Shown here: positions 11,213-21,656 of the stretch, piece after piece
Position numbering within the stretch: the stretch's first letter is position 1
Layout of the letters: each line of letters starts with the position of its first letter
From: a plasmid
Strand: one strand, 5' to 3'
DNA: 64,000 nt
Sequence record: NZ_CP097382.1
The notes under the pieces: model-generated
Seen by the model: only the letters and a program-made list of their open reading frames with translations
Told to the model about the DNA's origin: nothing
Databases searched by the model: none
Translations under genes and position numbers: made by a program

Positions 11213-11938
11213 ATGTCTACTTTTTTTCCTGTCAATCCTGAAAGTGGTAAATCAATTTTACAGCGACAATCTCAAGCTCTCTTACAAAATGGTCATTTAG
11301 AGCGTGCACGACAATTACGAAATTTGGCGATAGCGGCTGAATTAGATTGCCCAAAATATTTACTGGCACCAGAAGTAAACCAGCTTTTGCAATTTATTCC
11401 CGATCTGCATCAGCGAACGCTGATTGATACGTTATGGAATACGGGAGCCCGTATTCATGAAGCGTTGGCATTAACCAAAGGGGATTTTTATCTCGATGAA
11501 GAAACCCCATTTGTGGTGTTGCGAACACTTAAGCAACGAGAAATACAGACAAAGTCGAAGGAAATTAGAGTCAAGGCGCGTCCTAAACGGATTGTTGCAC
11601 TCTTCGATCCCCAGTATGTGCAATTGATGAAAAGTTACTTTGCGACGATGCGGCTGAAGAATCAAAGCCAGATTTGGCCAATCCAAAGTGATAATACGGT
11701 TAGAAATTGGTTACGCTCTGCGGTTGAACAAGCAGAAGCGAATGGTGTTTCCTATGTTGTTAACCCGATCACCTGTAAAACCTTCCGACACAGCTTTGCG
11801 ATGCACCTTATTTTTAATGGGGTGCCCATGAAAGTGATCCAAGCGTATCTAGGACACAAAAAATCAAGTTCAACCGACGTTTATACAAAAATTTTTACGC
11901 TTGATGCCATGTTACATTTTGATATTTCATTTCGCTAA
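11213..11938 (+). CDS. Tyrosine site-specific recombinase (phage-integrase family; plasmid resolvase-like or fimbrial-switch-like)
   Basis: 241 aa with the C-terminal catalytic region …TFRHSFAMHLIFNGVPMKVIQAYLGHKKSSSTDVYTKIF (R…H…R…Y pattern) and the N-terminal …ARIHEALALTKGDF…. It is followed by parAB. Confidence 0.85.
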   Translation: MSTFFPVNPESGKSILQRQSQALLQNGHLERARQLRNLAIAAELDCPKYLLAPEVNQLLQFIPDLHQRTLIDTLWNTGARIHEALALTKGDFYLDEETPFVVLRTLKQREIQTKSKEIRVKARPKRIVALFDPQYVQLMKSYFATMRLKNQSQIWPIQSDNTVRNWLRSAVEQAEANGVSYVVNPITCKTFRHSFAMHLIFNGVPMKVIQAYLGHKKSSSTDVYTKIFTLDAMLHFDISFR

Positions 11939-12393
11939 TGGGATTAAGTGTTCCCATTACTCTACCTGAATTATATTTCTTCCCCCTATATTTATTGAAA
12001 AATAGCAGGAAATTTACAGATAAAAGCGTTAATTATTTTCGAAATTGAATAAATTGCAATTTTATTCGTCTTTTTCTATTTGATAATGATATTCATTAAT
12101 GCTGTTTTTAGTACAAGATGAGTAAAAATACTAATTAAGGATAGGGCTGTGTCATTAGTATATTTAATAAAATTTAATTCTCACACTTTTAATTTCATTT
12201 GGAATTTAGAATTTAAATTGGTGATTTCAGATTGAAATCTTATTTTTATTTTATTTAATATTCTTTAATATCATGGGTTTATGCTATTTTAAAGCTGTGG
12301 GGGAAAATAATTAGCAAAAGATTGTTTACAATACTAAGCTTATGTAGGATTATGCATCCTAATTAAGAATGCTGCATAAGGAGATAAACTGGT

Positions 12394-13611
12394 ATGGTTA
12401 GAGCAAATAATCAGTTCAACAAAATTGCGAGTCGCTCTGTCAGATTATTGCAATCGTTGACTGAACAAGTTCAATCTCAAAAAGAGGAACTGAATGAAAC
12501 CGCTTATTACCAAGTTTACTCTAAAGCAGCCGTCGCTAAATTGCCTAAGCTGACTCGCGCTAGCGTCGATTATGCTGTTAATGAAATGGAAAATGCGGGA
12601 TACGTATTTGAGAAAAGGCAAGCAGGAACTGCATTAAAGTACGCGATGACAATCCAAAATATTGTCGATATTTATCATCATCGTGGTGTCCCTAAGTACC
12701 GTGATCGTTACCCTGATGCATTCACTTTTTTTGTTGGAAATTTGAAAGGGGGGGTCTCAAAAACGGTCAGTACAGTATCGTTGGCTCATGCATTGCGTAC
12801 GCATCCTCATCTCATATTTGAAGATCTTAGGATTTTAGTAATAGATCTTGACCCTCAATCATCAGCTACTATGTTTTTAGATCATATGCAATCAATCGGC
12901 GTGGTTGATACTACTGCAGCTCAAGCTATGCTACAGAATGTGACTCGAGAAGAATTGCTAAATGAATTTGTTTTACCTTCAGTGATTCAAGGCGTTGATG
13001 TGATCCCCGCATCTATTGAAGATGCATTTATTGCCTCTCAATGGGAATTATTGTGTGCAGAGCATTTACCAGGTCATAATATCTATACTGTTCTGCGAGA
13101 GAATATTATCAATAAAGTTAAAAAAGATTATGATTTTATCTTTATTGATAGTGGGCCTCACCTTGATGCATTTTTATCAAATGCAATTGCTGCGGCAGAT
13201 ATTTTAATGACGCCAGTTCCGCCTGCTCAAGTGGATTTTCATTCAACACTAAAATATTTAACACGGCTACCAGAGTTAATTGAATTGATAGAATCTACGG
13301 GAGCTAATGTTAACTTGATCAGCAACATCGGTTTCATGTCTAAATTGGTGAATAAGACGGATCATAAACTGTGTCATAGTTTAGCTAAAGAAATTTTTGG
13401 GGGGGATATGCTCGATGTTGCTTTACCTCGACTTGATGGTTTTGAACGCTGTGGTGAGTCCTTTGATACCGTTATTTCTGCCAATCCTGCAACGTATATA
13501 GGAAGTTCAGAAGCGTTAAAGAGTGCAAAGATTGCAGCAGAAGATTTTTCTAAAGCTGTTTTTGACCGAGTAGAATTTCTACGTGTGGATAGAGGTTACT
13601 ATGCAAACTAA
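12394..13611 (+). CDS. parA: Partition ATPase ParA, type Ia (SopA-like, with N-terminal HTH extension)
   Basis: 405 aa with the deviant Walker A motif FFVGNLKGGVSKTVSTVSLA and Walker B …FIFIDSGPHL…. The roughly 110-aa N-terminal extension is typical of SopA/P1-ParA. Confidence 0.9.
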   Translation: MVRANNQFNKIASRSVRLLQSLTEQVQSQKEELNETAYYQVYSKAAVAKLPKLTRASVDYAVNEMENAGYVFEKRQAGTALKYAMTIQNIVDIYHHRGVPKYRDRYPDAFTFFVGNLKGGVSKTVSTVSLAHALRTHPHLIFEDLRILVIDLDPQSSATMFLDHMQSIGVVDTTAAQAMLQNVTREELLNEFVLPSVIQGVDVIPASIEDAFIASQWELLCAEHLPGHNIYTVLRENIINKVKKDYDFIFIDSGPHLDAFLSNAIAAADILMTPVPPAQVDFHSTLKYLTRLPELIELIESTGANVNLISNIGFMSKLVNKTDHKLCHSLAKEIFGGDMLDVALPRLDGFERCGESFDTVISANPATYIGSSEALKSAKIAAEDFSKAVFDRVEFLRVDRGYYAN

Positions 13612-14584
13612 AAGAAAAACTATCGGAAGAACGTTAAGTGCATCAACATTAACGCATTTAACAACAGACCAAAAACATTCACAACGCTTTGTACTTAAAT
13701 CAGGCAAGTCAGCCATTTTTTATTTGACGGATATTCCAGCTGATGAATTAGCGGATAAAACGTTTGTTCGATTTCAAATGAATGGGCGTGACCAAAATGC
13801 GTTAACGCCAGAGTCACTTGTTGATATTACGCGTACAATTCGTCTGCAACAATTTTTCCCCGCGATTGGGCATCGAATAGATGGAAAAATTGAAATTTTG
13901 GATGGTTCAAGACGAAGAGCTGCAGCATTGCTGTGTAATGTTGGACTTTCGGTCTTAGTTACTGATATTGAAATCAGCAGTGATGATGCAAGACAATTGG
14001 CGATAGATATACAAACGGCTAAAGAGCATAACTTAAGAGAGATTGGGTTACGTTTATTAGAATTACGAGAAAATGGTATGTCACAAAAAGAAATTGCTCT
14101 TTTTGAAAACATGTCTGCAGCAAAAGTGACTCGGGCGATTCAAGCTGCTTCAGTACCCGATGATATTATTGCACTATTCCCTGTTCAATCTGAACTCGCC
14201 TACGGCGACTACAAATTATTACTGACAATTGAGCAGCTTATAGAATCAAAAGAACTCGTAAAACGGGATATTATTGATGAAGTTAATGAGAAGATTGCGC
14301 GATTAATCGATAACAAGAAAATCGCGTCAGATGAACTAAAAAAAGTCATATTAACAACATTAAAAAATATTACAGAGCAACTTGTATCTAAGAGTAAAAA
14401 AAAGGAAACGACGGTAAAACCTCTTTGGGAATTTGAGGATAAGAATACCTATGCGAGGAAACGAGTAAAAGACCGCGGGTTCAGCTACGAATTTAATCGT
14501 ATTCCCAAACAGGTACAAGATGAATTAGACCAATCTATTCAATCTATTATTAATGCATATTATTCAACAATGAAGGCAATGTAA
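13601..14584 (+). CDS. parB: Partition protein ParB (SopB-like)
   Basis: It contains the ParB-box …KIEILDGSRRRAAALL… and overlaps the parA stop codon. The ORF table gives 13583, but the ATG at 13601 (MQTKRK…) is the more likely start. Confidence 0.8.
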   Translation: MQTKRKTIGRTLSASTLTHLTTDQKHSQRFVLKSGKSAIFYLTDIPADELADKTFVRFQMNGRDQNALTPESLVDITRTIRLQQFFPAIGHRIDGKIEILDGSRRRAAALLCNVGLSVLVTDIEISSDDARQLAIDIQTAKEHNLREIGLRLLELRENGMSQKEIALFENMSAAKVTRAIQAASVPDDIIALFPVQSELAYGDYKLLLTIEQLIESKELVKRDIIDEVNEKIARLIDNKKIASDELKKVILTTLKNITEQLVSKSKKKETTVKPLWEFEDKNTYARKRVKDRGFSYEFNRIPKQVQDELDQSIQSIINAYYSTMKAM

Positions 14585-14808
14585 GAAGATATGTAAAAAA
14601 GTGGAGTTGCCACGCTATAAGGTGGTTATTGGAGAGTTTTATCTCTAGAAAGTAAAACCCCCAAAATCTTCTCTATCTTGGCGGACTGAGGAAAGATTTT
14701 GAGGGCTCAACGTAATTCTGTCAGGAAAAGGTTAGCTTCCTGATAGGGAGTATAGAATTATGCAAAACAAAATTCAACTCCTTATGTGCTACATAAGCGC
14801 AAAAAAGG

Positions 14809-15744
14809 ATGGATAATATAAAAAGGACGGTGATGACCAGTTCTATTGGTAAAATTCATCGACATTTTGCGCCAAGATTTTTAGGTCAATTACCGAAATT
14901 GGTGCCTGTGCGCCGCTTTGCGGCGGCGTTAAAGCGTCACGATTGGAACCGAAACCCCCATATTTATCAACTGCGATACAGTCGAAAGCAACGGATATCC
15001 GTGCGTTCAGAGCGTCGCGAAACCTTTGATGCGTTAGCAATGGCCATGATTGCCTATGCGGATTACAACCCTGAAAGTGATGCGCTCTTTGAAGTGATGT
15101 GTTCAGTGGAAAAATTGGCGGAGCTGTGTGGTCAGTTGTACCGTTATGACAGTGGTCGTAAAAGTTATGACCCCATACTCCATGCTTTGCGCGATTGGGA
15201 ACAAGCTAACCTGATTATCATTGATCGCGATTTTGATATCGAGGCCAAACAATACAAAGCGATGCGGATTTGGATACGTCCGGAGTTTTTCCACGGTTTA
15301 GGTTTTTCCAAACTGGAACTGAGAGAGATTGTAAATCGTTTTAGCCGTTGGATGGAAAAACAAGGATTAAAGGAGAGCTATCAAAAGCGGTACGCAAAGC
15401 ATGTATTGCGCCTCGCGCGTGCCAATGTCGCCTCCCTCGATAACAAACACAAACTCCGCAACTTGCTCAATAAACTTAAAACGTTGGTGATTGGGGAAGA
15501 TGAAGCCCTGAAACAAGAGAAGAAACATTTAGCTAAAGCGCTGAAGGAAAAGAAAGCCTTAGCCCAAAGTACGCGTGCACCTGAAAGTCCAGAGCATGCC
15601 GCCTGGCGTCGATTTGAAGCCTGGAAGGTGACGCAGCCTATCGCGGCCGTCATGGCCTTTGAGCGAAAAATGAAAGCCCTGTATCCGAGTGTTCAAGGGC
15701 AGGCTATTTACCTGCATTATCTGGAACACTTGCCCGACTCCTAA
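14809..15744 (+). CDS. repA: Replication initiator, IncFII RepA-family-like
   Basis: 311 aa whose motif pattern recalls RepA1 of IncFII/F plasmids: …CSVEKLAELCGQ…, …YDPILHALRDWEQANLIIIDRDFD… and a basic C-terminus. The placement after parAB and before a GC-rich non-coding region fits a replication gene. Confidence 0.55.
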   Translation: MDNIKRTVMTSSIGKIHRHFAPRFLGQLPKLVPVRRFAAALKRHDWNRNPHIYQLRYSRKQRISVRSERRETFDALAMAMIAYADYNPESDALFEVMCSVEKLAELCGQLYRYDSGRKSYDPILHALRDWEQANLIIIDRDFDIEAKQYKAMRIWIRPEFFHGLGFSKLELREIVNRFSRWMEKQGLKESYQKRYAKHVLRLARANVASLDNKHKLRNLLNKLKTLVIGEDEALKQEKKHLAKALKEKKALAQSTRAPESPEHAAWRRFEAWKVTQPIAAVMAFERKMKALYPSVQGQAIYLHYLEHLPDS

Positions 15745-16449
15745 TTCACCCCCCTAAATTAACCGCCTTGACTGGCGGTGGTTTCGTTTGCCCTAAATCT
15801 GGATAGCCTGTTTTTTAAACAGAAAATTCGTTAATCCAATCGATTTCTTCATCTCGGCGATGACACCGCGACTATTTTCGTTGGATATTTATCCTATTAA
15901 CTTCGAATGGCTTTATTATCTGCAATTAACTTCGAATCCGTTTAAGGTTTTAAGGTTAAATTCGTTTTTAGATTCTGAACTAAACGTCCTTTCTAATAAA
16001 AGGAGTTGCGGCTCTGCTTTTTCAAGCCGCACACTCTAAAGAGATAAACCCAATAAAGCCTTCGCTCACAAGCCATAAATGGCTGTCGCTCAGAAAACGG
16101 TGTTAAGTCCCGTAACCACGCTTCCCTAAGCACGGCATCCTGCCGCGCTAAGTCGCAGATACACGCGGCGGCGAGGCGTTGCCTCTGACCGCGTCACTGC
16201 GCTTAACTAGGAAGCTTACCAACCATCATACCGGTGTCATGTTCATTAGGCTCAACCAGGGCGGGGGGAGGTTCTAGGACATTCAACACATCGTAACCGC
16301 TTCGCGGGTCTCGACGGCCCTAACCACTATTCGTTCTTTGTGACTATTTTTGCCGTCTACAGCCCTACGGGCGGGTGATTTCGGTGAAATTTCATGATAA
16401 TCTACGATTAATACATTGATGATAAACACGATTTTGGTGTGAGATTGGA
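15745..16449. other. ORF-free, GC-rich structured region between repA and finO (candidate origin or non-coding RNA)
   Basis: There is no ORF of 60 aa or more. Two copies of ATTAACTTCGAAT lie 29 bp apart (15897–15909 and 15926–15938), there is a DnaA-box-like TTATCCTAT, and 15990–16400 shows GC-rich stem-loop potential. Confidence 0.3.
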
Positions 16450-17013
16450 ATGGAACGCAAAACACTGACGTTAAAACGTCCGGCGATAAAAAAAGACTCG
16501 GAAAGTACTGAACCGGTTATTCAACGTCGCCGTAAACAGGTGGTGGTTAATACACAGCGTAAACCCCATAAACCCGCCAAAACAGCGCCAGCTCAACCTA
16601 CTAAAAAAGTAACCCCTGCGAAAAAACAGAAAGCGGTGGTCATCCCATTAGAAAAAAAAGTTATTCCGCCAACGCCACCCAAAAAACATCTCCCCTTAGA
16701 GGACGCTATCGCGAATATCTCTGAATATTGGCCACAACTCTTTCCCAATGGACAACTTCGACCGATGGCGGTAGGCACACGTGAAGCCTTATTGGCGGAT
16801 AAAAAGGTGCGTGAATTGCCGATTTCATACAAAAAATTGAAACGCAGTCTGGCCGCTATTAGCCACAGTGTGAAATATCGCACGACGATTATGCCTGGTG
16901 CGGTACGCTATGATAAAGACGGTCAGCCGAATGGGACTGTCACGGAATCGGATGTCGCCGATACGTTAAAACGCATACAAAGACTCGCTAAACAACAATC
17001 ACGACCCGCATGA
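16450..17013 (+). CDS. finO: FinO/ProQ-family RNA chaperone (fertility inhibition protein FinO-like)
   Basis: The Lys-rich N-terminus MERKTLTLKRP… and …YWPQLFPNGQLRPMAVGTREALLADKKVRELPISYKKLKRSLAAISHSVKYRTTIMPGAVRYDKDGQP… parallel F FinO (…[24 protein letters not shown]…SHKKLRRALKAIT…AGACRYD…). Confidence 0.85.
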   Translation: MERKTLTLKRPAIKKDSESTEPVIQRRRKQVVVNTQRKPHKPAKTAPAQPTKKVTPAKKQKAVVIPLEKKVIPPTPPKKHLPLEDAIANISEYWPQLFPNGQLRPMAVGTREALLADKKVRELPISYKKLKRSLAAISHSVKYRTTIMPGAVRYDKDGQPNGTVTESDVADTLKRIQRLAKQQSRPA

Positions 17014-17458
17014 CAAAAGTAATAAATCCCCCGATTTCTATCCCCATGTTATCAGCCCATTTCAGCAGGGTGTTGGCAGCACAGGCAAACAACTGATTGA
17101 GTAACGGCCAGTTGAGATTAAAGGCAGGCCAGAGTTTATCAGGCATGGTGAAGGTGATGTGCTGCCATTCGCAGTCGGGCAGAATGTGTTGTTGCTCAGC
17201 TATCCACTGTTCGGTGGCTTTCATACCACAGGCACTGCAGCCTTTGCTTTTGCAGCTCTGGCAGAAATATTTTGAGTGAGTACAGTCGGGAGAGGCGCAG
17301 CAATAACGTCGGATCCCCATGGCACTGGTGCCGCAGGCGAGCATGCGCTCAATGACCAGTTTAGTCCATTCGGGAACAGTAGAGCCGTGTTTGATGAGTA
17401 GCCGGTTCCAGCCGTCATCAATCTGAAAGAGAAGTTTTGCTGGTCGGGGAATATACAT
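16988..17458 (-). pseudogene. IS91-family transposase, N-terminal 156-aa fragment (a divergent variant of the full copies)
   Basis: MYIPRPAKLLFQIDDGWNRL…CTHSKYFCQSCKSKGCSACG…DCEWQHITFTMP… is about 75% identical to the N-terminus of the 399-aa transposase at 17697. Its upstream end …GCAGGCGGCTATTGTTC (17537–17541) abuts IS91 copy 1, and the fragment overlaps the finO 3' end. Confidence 0.8.
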
Positions 17459-17541
17459 ACAGCGGATTATAACGGGAGACAGTGACTGAGGACAGCCATT
17501 GACTTGCAGAGTCTTAGCTCCGCCGCAGGCGGCTATTGTTC

Positions 17542-18983
17542 ATGGTTAGGAAACTGGATGAACAATTTAACGAGTCTATAAGGGTATGTTTGGTAGCAGA
17601 GTCTGTTAAAAGGTCTCTATCGTATTTAAACTTAACCATGATAACGCGTAATTGCGCTATTTTTAGCCAAAAACGGGGGTTTTAGATACACTGATCCTAG
17701 GCGGCTGTTTGCAGCCATCGTTTTTTGGCCATTTTATCCCGCCTTTCTGACAGTAAAGTGAGTGCGTGTATGCCTTTTTCCGCACTCATAAACCGCAGTC
17801 GGTTTCCACATAAAATACATTGATACGGATCTGTGTTTAAAAAACCTTTGATAAGGGCCGCAAAGCCGGGTTTTTCAGGTACGTTCGGATGTATCATGTC
17901 CAATGCGTCATACACTTTAGATAATAAACGCCCACGCTTGCGATTGGCTAAAAAACCATAATAGCGGATCATCTTAAAATGCCGCGCGGGGATATGACTG
18001 ACATAACGTCGTATCATTTCTTCTTGGGACAAGGTCTGTCGTCGATATTGTTGGCTATGGTGATCATAATAATGATGGATGACTGTGCCACCGCTGTAGT
18101 GTTTCAACTGAGACGCCGAGATAGGCGGACGTTTTAGGTATCGGCCCAGATATTTCACATTATGCCAAGCGCCTCGGGTCTTTTTGGCAAAATGGAGTTT
18201 CCAATAACGTTGAAACTGTGCATTGAGGTAACGACACCAGGTTGGGTAATCGCGAATATGCCCGAAGCCAGGCAATTTATTCGGTTGTAACTGAGCATAA
18301 TTGTCTCGAAGGAGCCGAATAACGGCGCTGCGCCAGACTTTCTCGACGTCTTTCTTTTTGAAAAAAATGGGTTTCCAGGTGTCATATTTTGTGAGACCGC
18401 CTCGGGTCACCGACAAATGAATATGCGGATGTTGATTAAGTTGGCGACCATAAGTATGCAAGGCACAAAAAATACCAATTTCGAGGCCATGACGTCTGGC
18501 GTGTTTGAGCATAGCTCGCGTGGCACAGCGAAATAGTTGATTAAGTAAGGTCCAGTTGTTGTTAAAAAAAGACCAAAGCAGGTGGGGCATCGTGAGGGTG
18601 ATGTGTTGCCATTCGCAGTCTGGCAAAATATGGCGCTGCTGTGCGATCCATTGTTCGGTGCCCTTGAGGCCACAGGCACTGCAGGCTTTGGATTTACAGG
18701 TTTGACAAAAGAATCGCGAATGCGTGCATTCAGGAGAAGAGCAGCAATAGCGGCGAACACCCATCGCGCAGGTGCTACAAGCGAGCATCTTTTCAACACA
18801 GAGGAGTTGCCATTCATCGACAGGGTTGTTATCAATGAAGCGGTTCCATCCGTCATCGTATTGAAATAGCAGTTTAGCGGGTCTGGGAATATACATAGAG
18901 CAGAGTATAAAAGACGAGAAGGGAGTTGCCTAGAAATAGAGCGGCTCAGCCGCGATGCTCACGCCACAGGCGTGCTTATGTTC
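17542..18983 (-). mobile_element. IS91-family (HUH Y2, rolling-circle) insertion sequence, copy 1
   Basis: Identical by eye (not recomputed) to 41496–42939. A GTTC tetranucleotide immediately flanks the transposase-downstream end (17538–17541), and the element ends …GTGCTTATGTTC at 18983. Confidence 0.85.
17697..18896 (-). CDS. tnpA: IS91-family transposase
   Basis: 399 aa with an N-terminal zinc-binding cluster (CxxC…CxxC), the HUH motif …HPHIHLSV… and C-terminal tyrosines …RYYGFLAN…. Confidence 0.9.
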   Translation of the reverse strand: MYIPRPAKLLFQYDDGWNRFIDNNPVDEWQLLCVEKMLACSTCAMGVRRYCCSSPECTHSRFFCQTCKSKACSACGLKGTEQWIAQQRHILPDCEWQHITLTMPHLLWSFFNNNWTLLNQLFRCATRAMLKHARRHGLEIGIFCALHTYGRQLNQHPHIHLSVTRGGLTKYDTWKPIFFKKKDVEKVWRSAVIRLLRDNYAQLQPNKLPGFGHIRDYPTWCRYLNAQFQRYWKLHFAKKTRGAWHNVKYLGRYLKRPPISASQLKHYSGGTVIHHYYDHHSQQYRRQTLSQEEMIRRYVSHIPARHFKMIRYYGFLANRKRGRLLSKVYDALDMIHPNVPEKPGFAALIKGFLNTDPYQCILCGNRLRFMSAEKGIHALTLLSERRDKMAKKRWLQTAA

Positions 18984-19426
18984 TTTCCATACGTAAACAA
19001 TCGATGAATTATTTCCTGTCATGCCATACTTTTTACAATCAAAAGTTCCTGATGTTGCTGATTTCGCTGAGGCATTTGGGATATACACTGTAGTCATAAT
19101 AGAGCGCCTATCCTTGACAACATTTTCGATATAACGTCGAGCAGTAGATTCATTGTCTAATAAATTACTACAATCTATCTGATCTATAGTAAAATATCTC
19201 ACATATTCTCCATTGGAGTATAAAATGGAAATATAAACCGAATCTTTTCTATGGCACCCACCGCACTTATCTCCAGGCCAATCTCCTTTATAATAAAAAA
19301 ACGTTACTTGGATCCCCTACATATATAGCAGAACCACTCTTTCCATCCGAAGATAAATCAACATTAAAACCCGCAAAACAAATAGAAGTATAAAATCCCA
19401 ACACAGAAAAGATCAAAATTTTAATC
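18930..19426 (-). pseudogene. Small secreted Cys-containing protein interrupted by a frameshift at a T7 tract
   Basis: The minus strand from 19426 reads MIKILIFSVLGFYTSICFAGFNVDLSSDGKSGSAIYVGDPSNVF, then a (T)7 run (plus-strand A7 at about 19296–19302) shifts the frame into …YYKGDWPGDKCGGCHRKDSVYISILYSNGEYVRYFTIDQ…EPLYF (ORF 18930–19202). A run of 6 T would give one ORF of about 164 aa. Confidence 0.5.
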
Positions 19427-19477
19427 ATATATAAAAACCTCTAATAAATATTTTTTTTTCTGGCTATTAAGCATTAA

Positions 19478-19968
19478 TTATTCGTACGACAGCGTAAAGC
19501 CAGCTACGGAGCTAATTTCACCGGCAGTGATAGTTTTAATATCACCACCACTACCCATTAAATACGCCGAGAAACGCAGGGTATTATTACCATCCTGAAT
19601 ATTTTGGAATGGAGTTAGTGTAGCTAACGTAATTACATTCCCGCCACCATTTGTAATTTGCACGCCTACTCCGCGCCAGTACCAACAATACCTAATGTTT
19701 TATTTGAATTATCAAATGAAGCTGCTGCACCACTAAATGTTAATTGAACGCCTTTCTTTACGTCAGTTACATCACAATTTTCTAAAGAGATGTCAAAAGT
19801 ACGTGGAGTAGATTTACCACCATTAACTAAAGCCATATTTGATATTTGTCCAAGCTCAACAGTTTGATCAATTGAATTTGGTGCAATAGAACATGGTACA
19901 TCAATAATAGAGCCTTTAAAATTCACTTTTCCATGGCCCATATCTGCTGCAAAAATAGAGGTGCTCAT
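19478..19968 (-). pseudogene. mrpA-like major fimbrial subunit paralog, frameshifted
   Basis: Fragments 19666–19968 and 19478–19663 together are about 93% identical to the intact subunit at 23764–24294. The frame changes near …GIVGTGAE*/VGVQITNGGG. Confidence 0.75.
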
Positions 19969-20074
19969 AGCACTAGAAACTAGTGCTAATAAAAAGATTT
20001 ATTCATATATTCCTAGATTATTTACAAAATTTTCAAAAGTTTTTATTTTTGTGAAAATGTTTAAATTACGATGG

Positions 20075-20404
20075 TTAATAAAAGTAGGTAGTATCGGAAG
20101 ATGCAATTATTGCTTTCAATAATATTGGGTTATCAGAATTCCCACCCTCCATTTCAACTAAAATATATTTAATTATTTTTTCAAGTGGAACATTTAAAAT
20201 AATTGATAAATTAAATAACGTACTCAAAGAAATTTTATTAACTCCACGTTCATATCGAGACATCTGTTGTTGTGATATATTTAATTTTCTTGCCAGTTCA
20301 TCTCCTGTCATTCCACGTTCTCTTCTAATTCTCTTAATAATTTTTCCGCAATAAGTGGAAATTTCATTTTCGTGACTAATAATTATATTTTTTTTAATTT
20401 GCAT
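20075..20404 (-). CDS. MrpJ-like HTH regulator
   Basis: …GDELARKLNISQQQMSRYERGVNKISLSTLFNLSIILNV…. It lies immediately upstream, on the same strand, of the mrpA-like pseudogene. The ORF table starts at a TTG (20422), but the ATG at 20404 is the probable start. Confidence 0.75.
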   Translation of the reverse strand: MQIKKNIIISHENEISTYCGKIIKRIRRERGMTGDELARKLNISQQQMSRYERGVNKISLSTLFNLSIILNVPLEKIIKYILVEMEGGNSDNPILLKAIIASSDTTYFY

Positions 20405-20956
20405 GTTTATTATTACTTCCAAAAAAATAAAAATGATTACCTATTATTAATTGTCCATAAATGATTGGCTGTTTTTTTAATTAACACAATTATAAAAAGT
20501 AAATAATTAAAAGTAAAACTCCTTTAATTGAACCGTATATTAAGTATCAAATTGTTACAACTTTTACTAAATAGTGATAAGACTTTAAATATCAATGAAT
20601 TATAAAAAAACATCAGTTTAATTGTTTTTTATCCACTCGAAAATGGATAAAAAAAAATCAATATTTTAATCTAAAAATAAACTAAAAATAGATATTTAAA
20701 GTTGAAATTTACGAAAATTAATAATTTGACTTAAATATTTGCAAAAAAAACAAAAAAGAAACACAATACGCATTTACTGGGTTTTTTATTTAATGAAAAA
20801 AGCTTAATAAAATAATAATAATCATTGTTTTTCAAATAATTACCTTCAAACTCTATTGGCGCGTTAATGGTTGGGTAAATGGATGAATTGTTTAACGGGT
20901 CATGTATTCAATCCGGTGTGTATCCTGTAATATAGGTAATTTACCGGAAAATAGTC

Positions 20957-21223
20957 ATGACTAAAGTCGATGTAAGGTGCGCATTTTGTCTACAAACTTC
21001 CTCAGTGAAAAAACATGGATTAGGGAGTACTGGCAACCAACATTATCGTTGCCAAGACTGCAGCCGAAGCTTCCAACTCGATTATGAATATCGAGCCTGC
21101 CAACCCGGAACTCAAGATAAAATTATCGACCTAACGATGAATAATGCAGGTATTCGTGATACTGTCAGGGCTCTTCATATCAGCATTAATGCTGTTGTTC
21201 GTACTTTAAAAACTCTCGCCTAA
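20957..21223 (+). CDS. insA: IS1 InsA-like protein
   Basis: 88 aa whose zinc-finger N-terminus and HTH C-terminus resemble IS1 InsA. Confidence 0.8.
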   Translation: MTKVDVRCAFCLQTSSVKKHGLGSTGNQHYRCQDCSRSFQLDYEYRACQPGTQDKIIDLTMNNAGIRDTVRALHISINAVVRTLKTLA

Positions 21224-21279
21224 TCAGGTAACTTCTTTACCCCTTGATAATTTGCACATTGAACTCCTTTGCAAGGTTG

Positions 21280-21656
21280 ATGAATAGTAGTCTTTTGTCG
21301 CTAATAAGAGGCAACAACGCTGGCTCTTATATGCTTGGGAGCCCCGTCTAAAACGGATTATTGCTCATATATTTGGTCGTCGAAACAAGAGCCCCCTTCG
21401 TCAGTTACTGGCTTTACTATCGAGGTTTAATGTGGCTTTTTGGTGCGCGGATAAGTTCAGTGCTTATGAGATATTGTCCAAACAAAAATATGTGGTAAGT
21501 AAGTTTTATACACAACGAATAGAAAGAGAGAATTTGAACTTGAGAAACCGTTTAAAGCGACTTAACCGTAAGACTTTAGGTTACTCAAAGTCACCAGAAA
21601 TGCATGACAAAATCATCGGCACATTCATAGAGCGTGAATACTATCTATTATTATGA
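21280..21656 (+). pseudogene. insB: IS1 InsB-like region, frameshifted/fragmented
   Basis: InsB-like peptide segments lie in different frames and no continuous insB ORF exists. Confidence 0.55.

Noticed and set aside
15745-16449. tRNA/tmRNA or group II intron in the GC-rich ORF-free stretch between repA and finO
   Set aside because: I could not recognise a cloverleaf, a tmRNA tag-reading frame or a domain-V-like motif by eye. It is left as an unassigned structured region.
18155-18869. ORFs on both strands inside the IS91 transposase genes (18155–18385, 18407–18856, 18582–18869, with duplicates at 42111–42825)
   Set aside because: They overlap the 399-aa transposase ORF in other frames or on the other strand, inside a GC-richer element where long spurious ORFs are expected.
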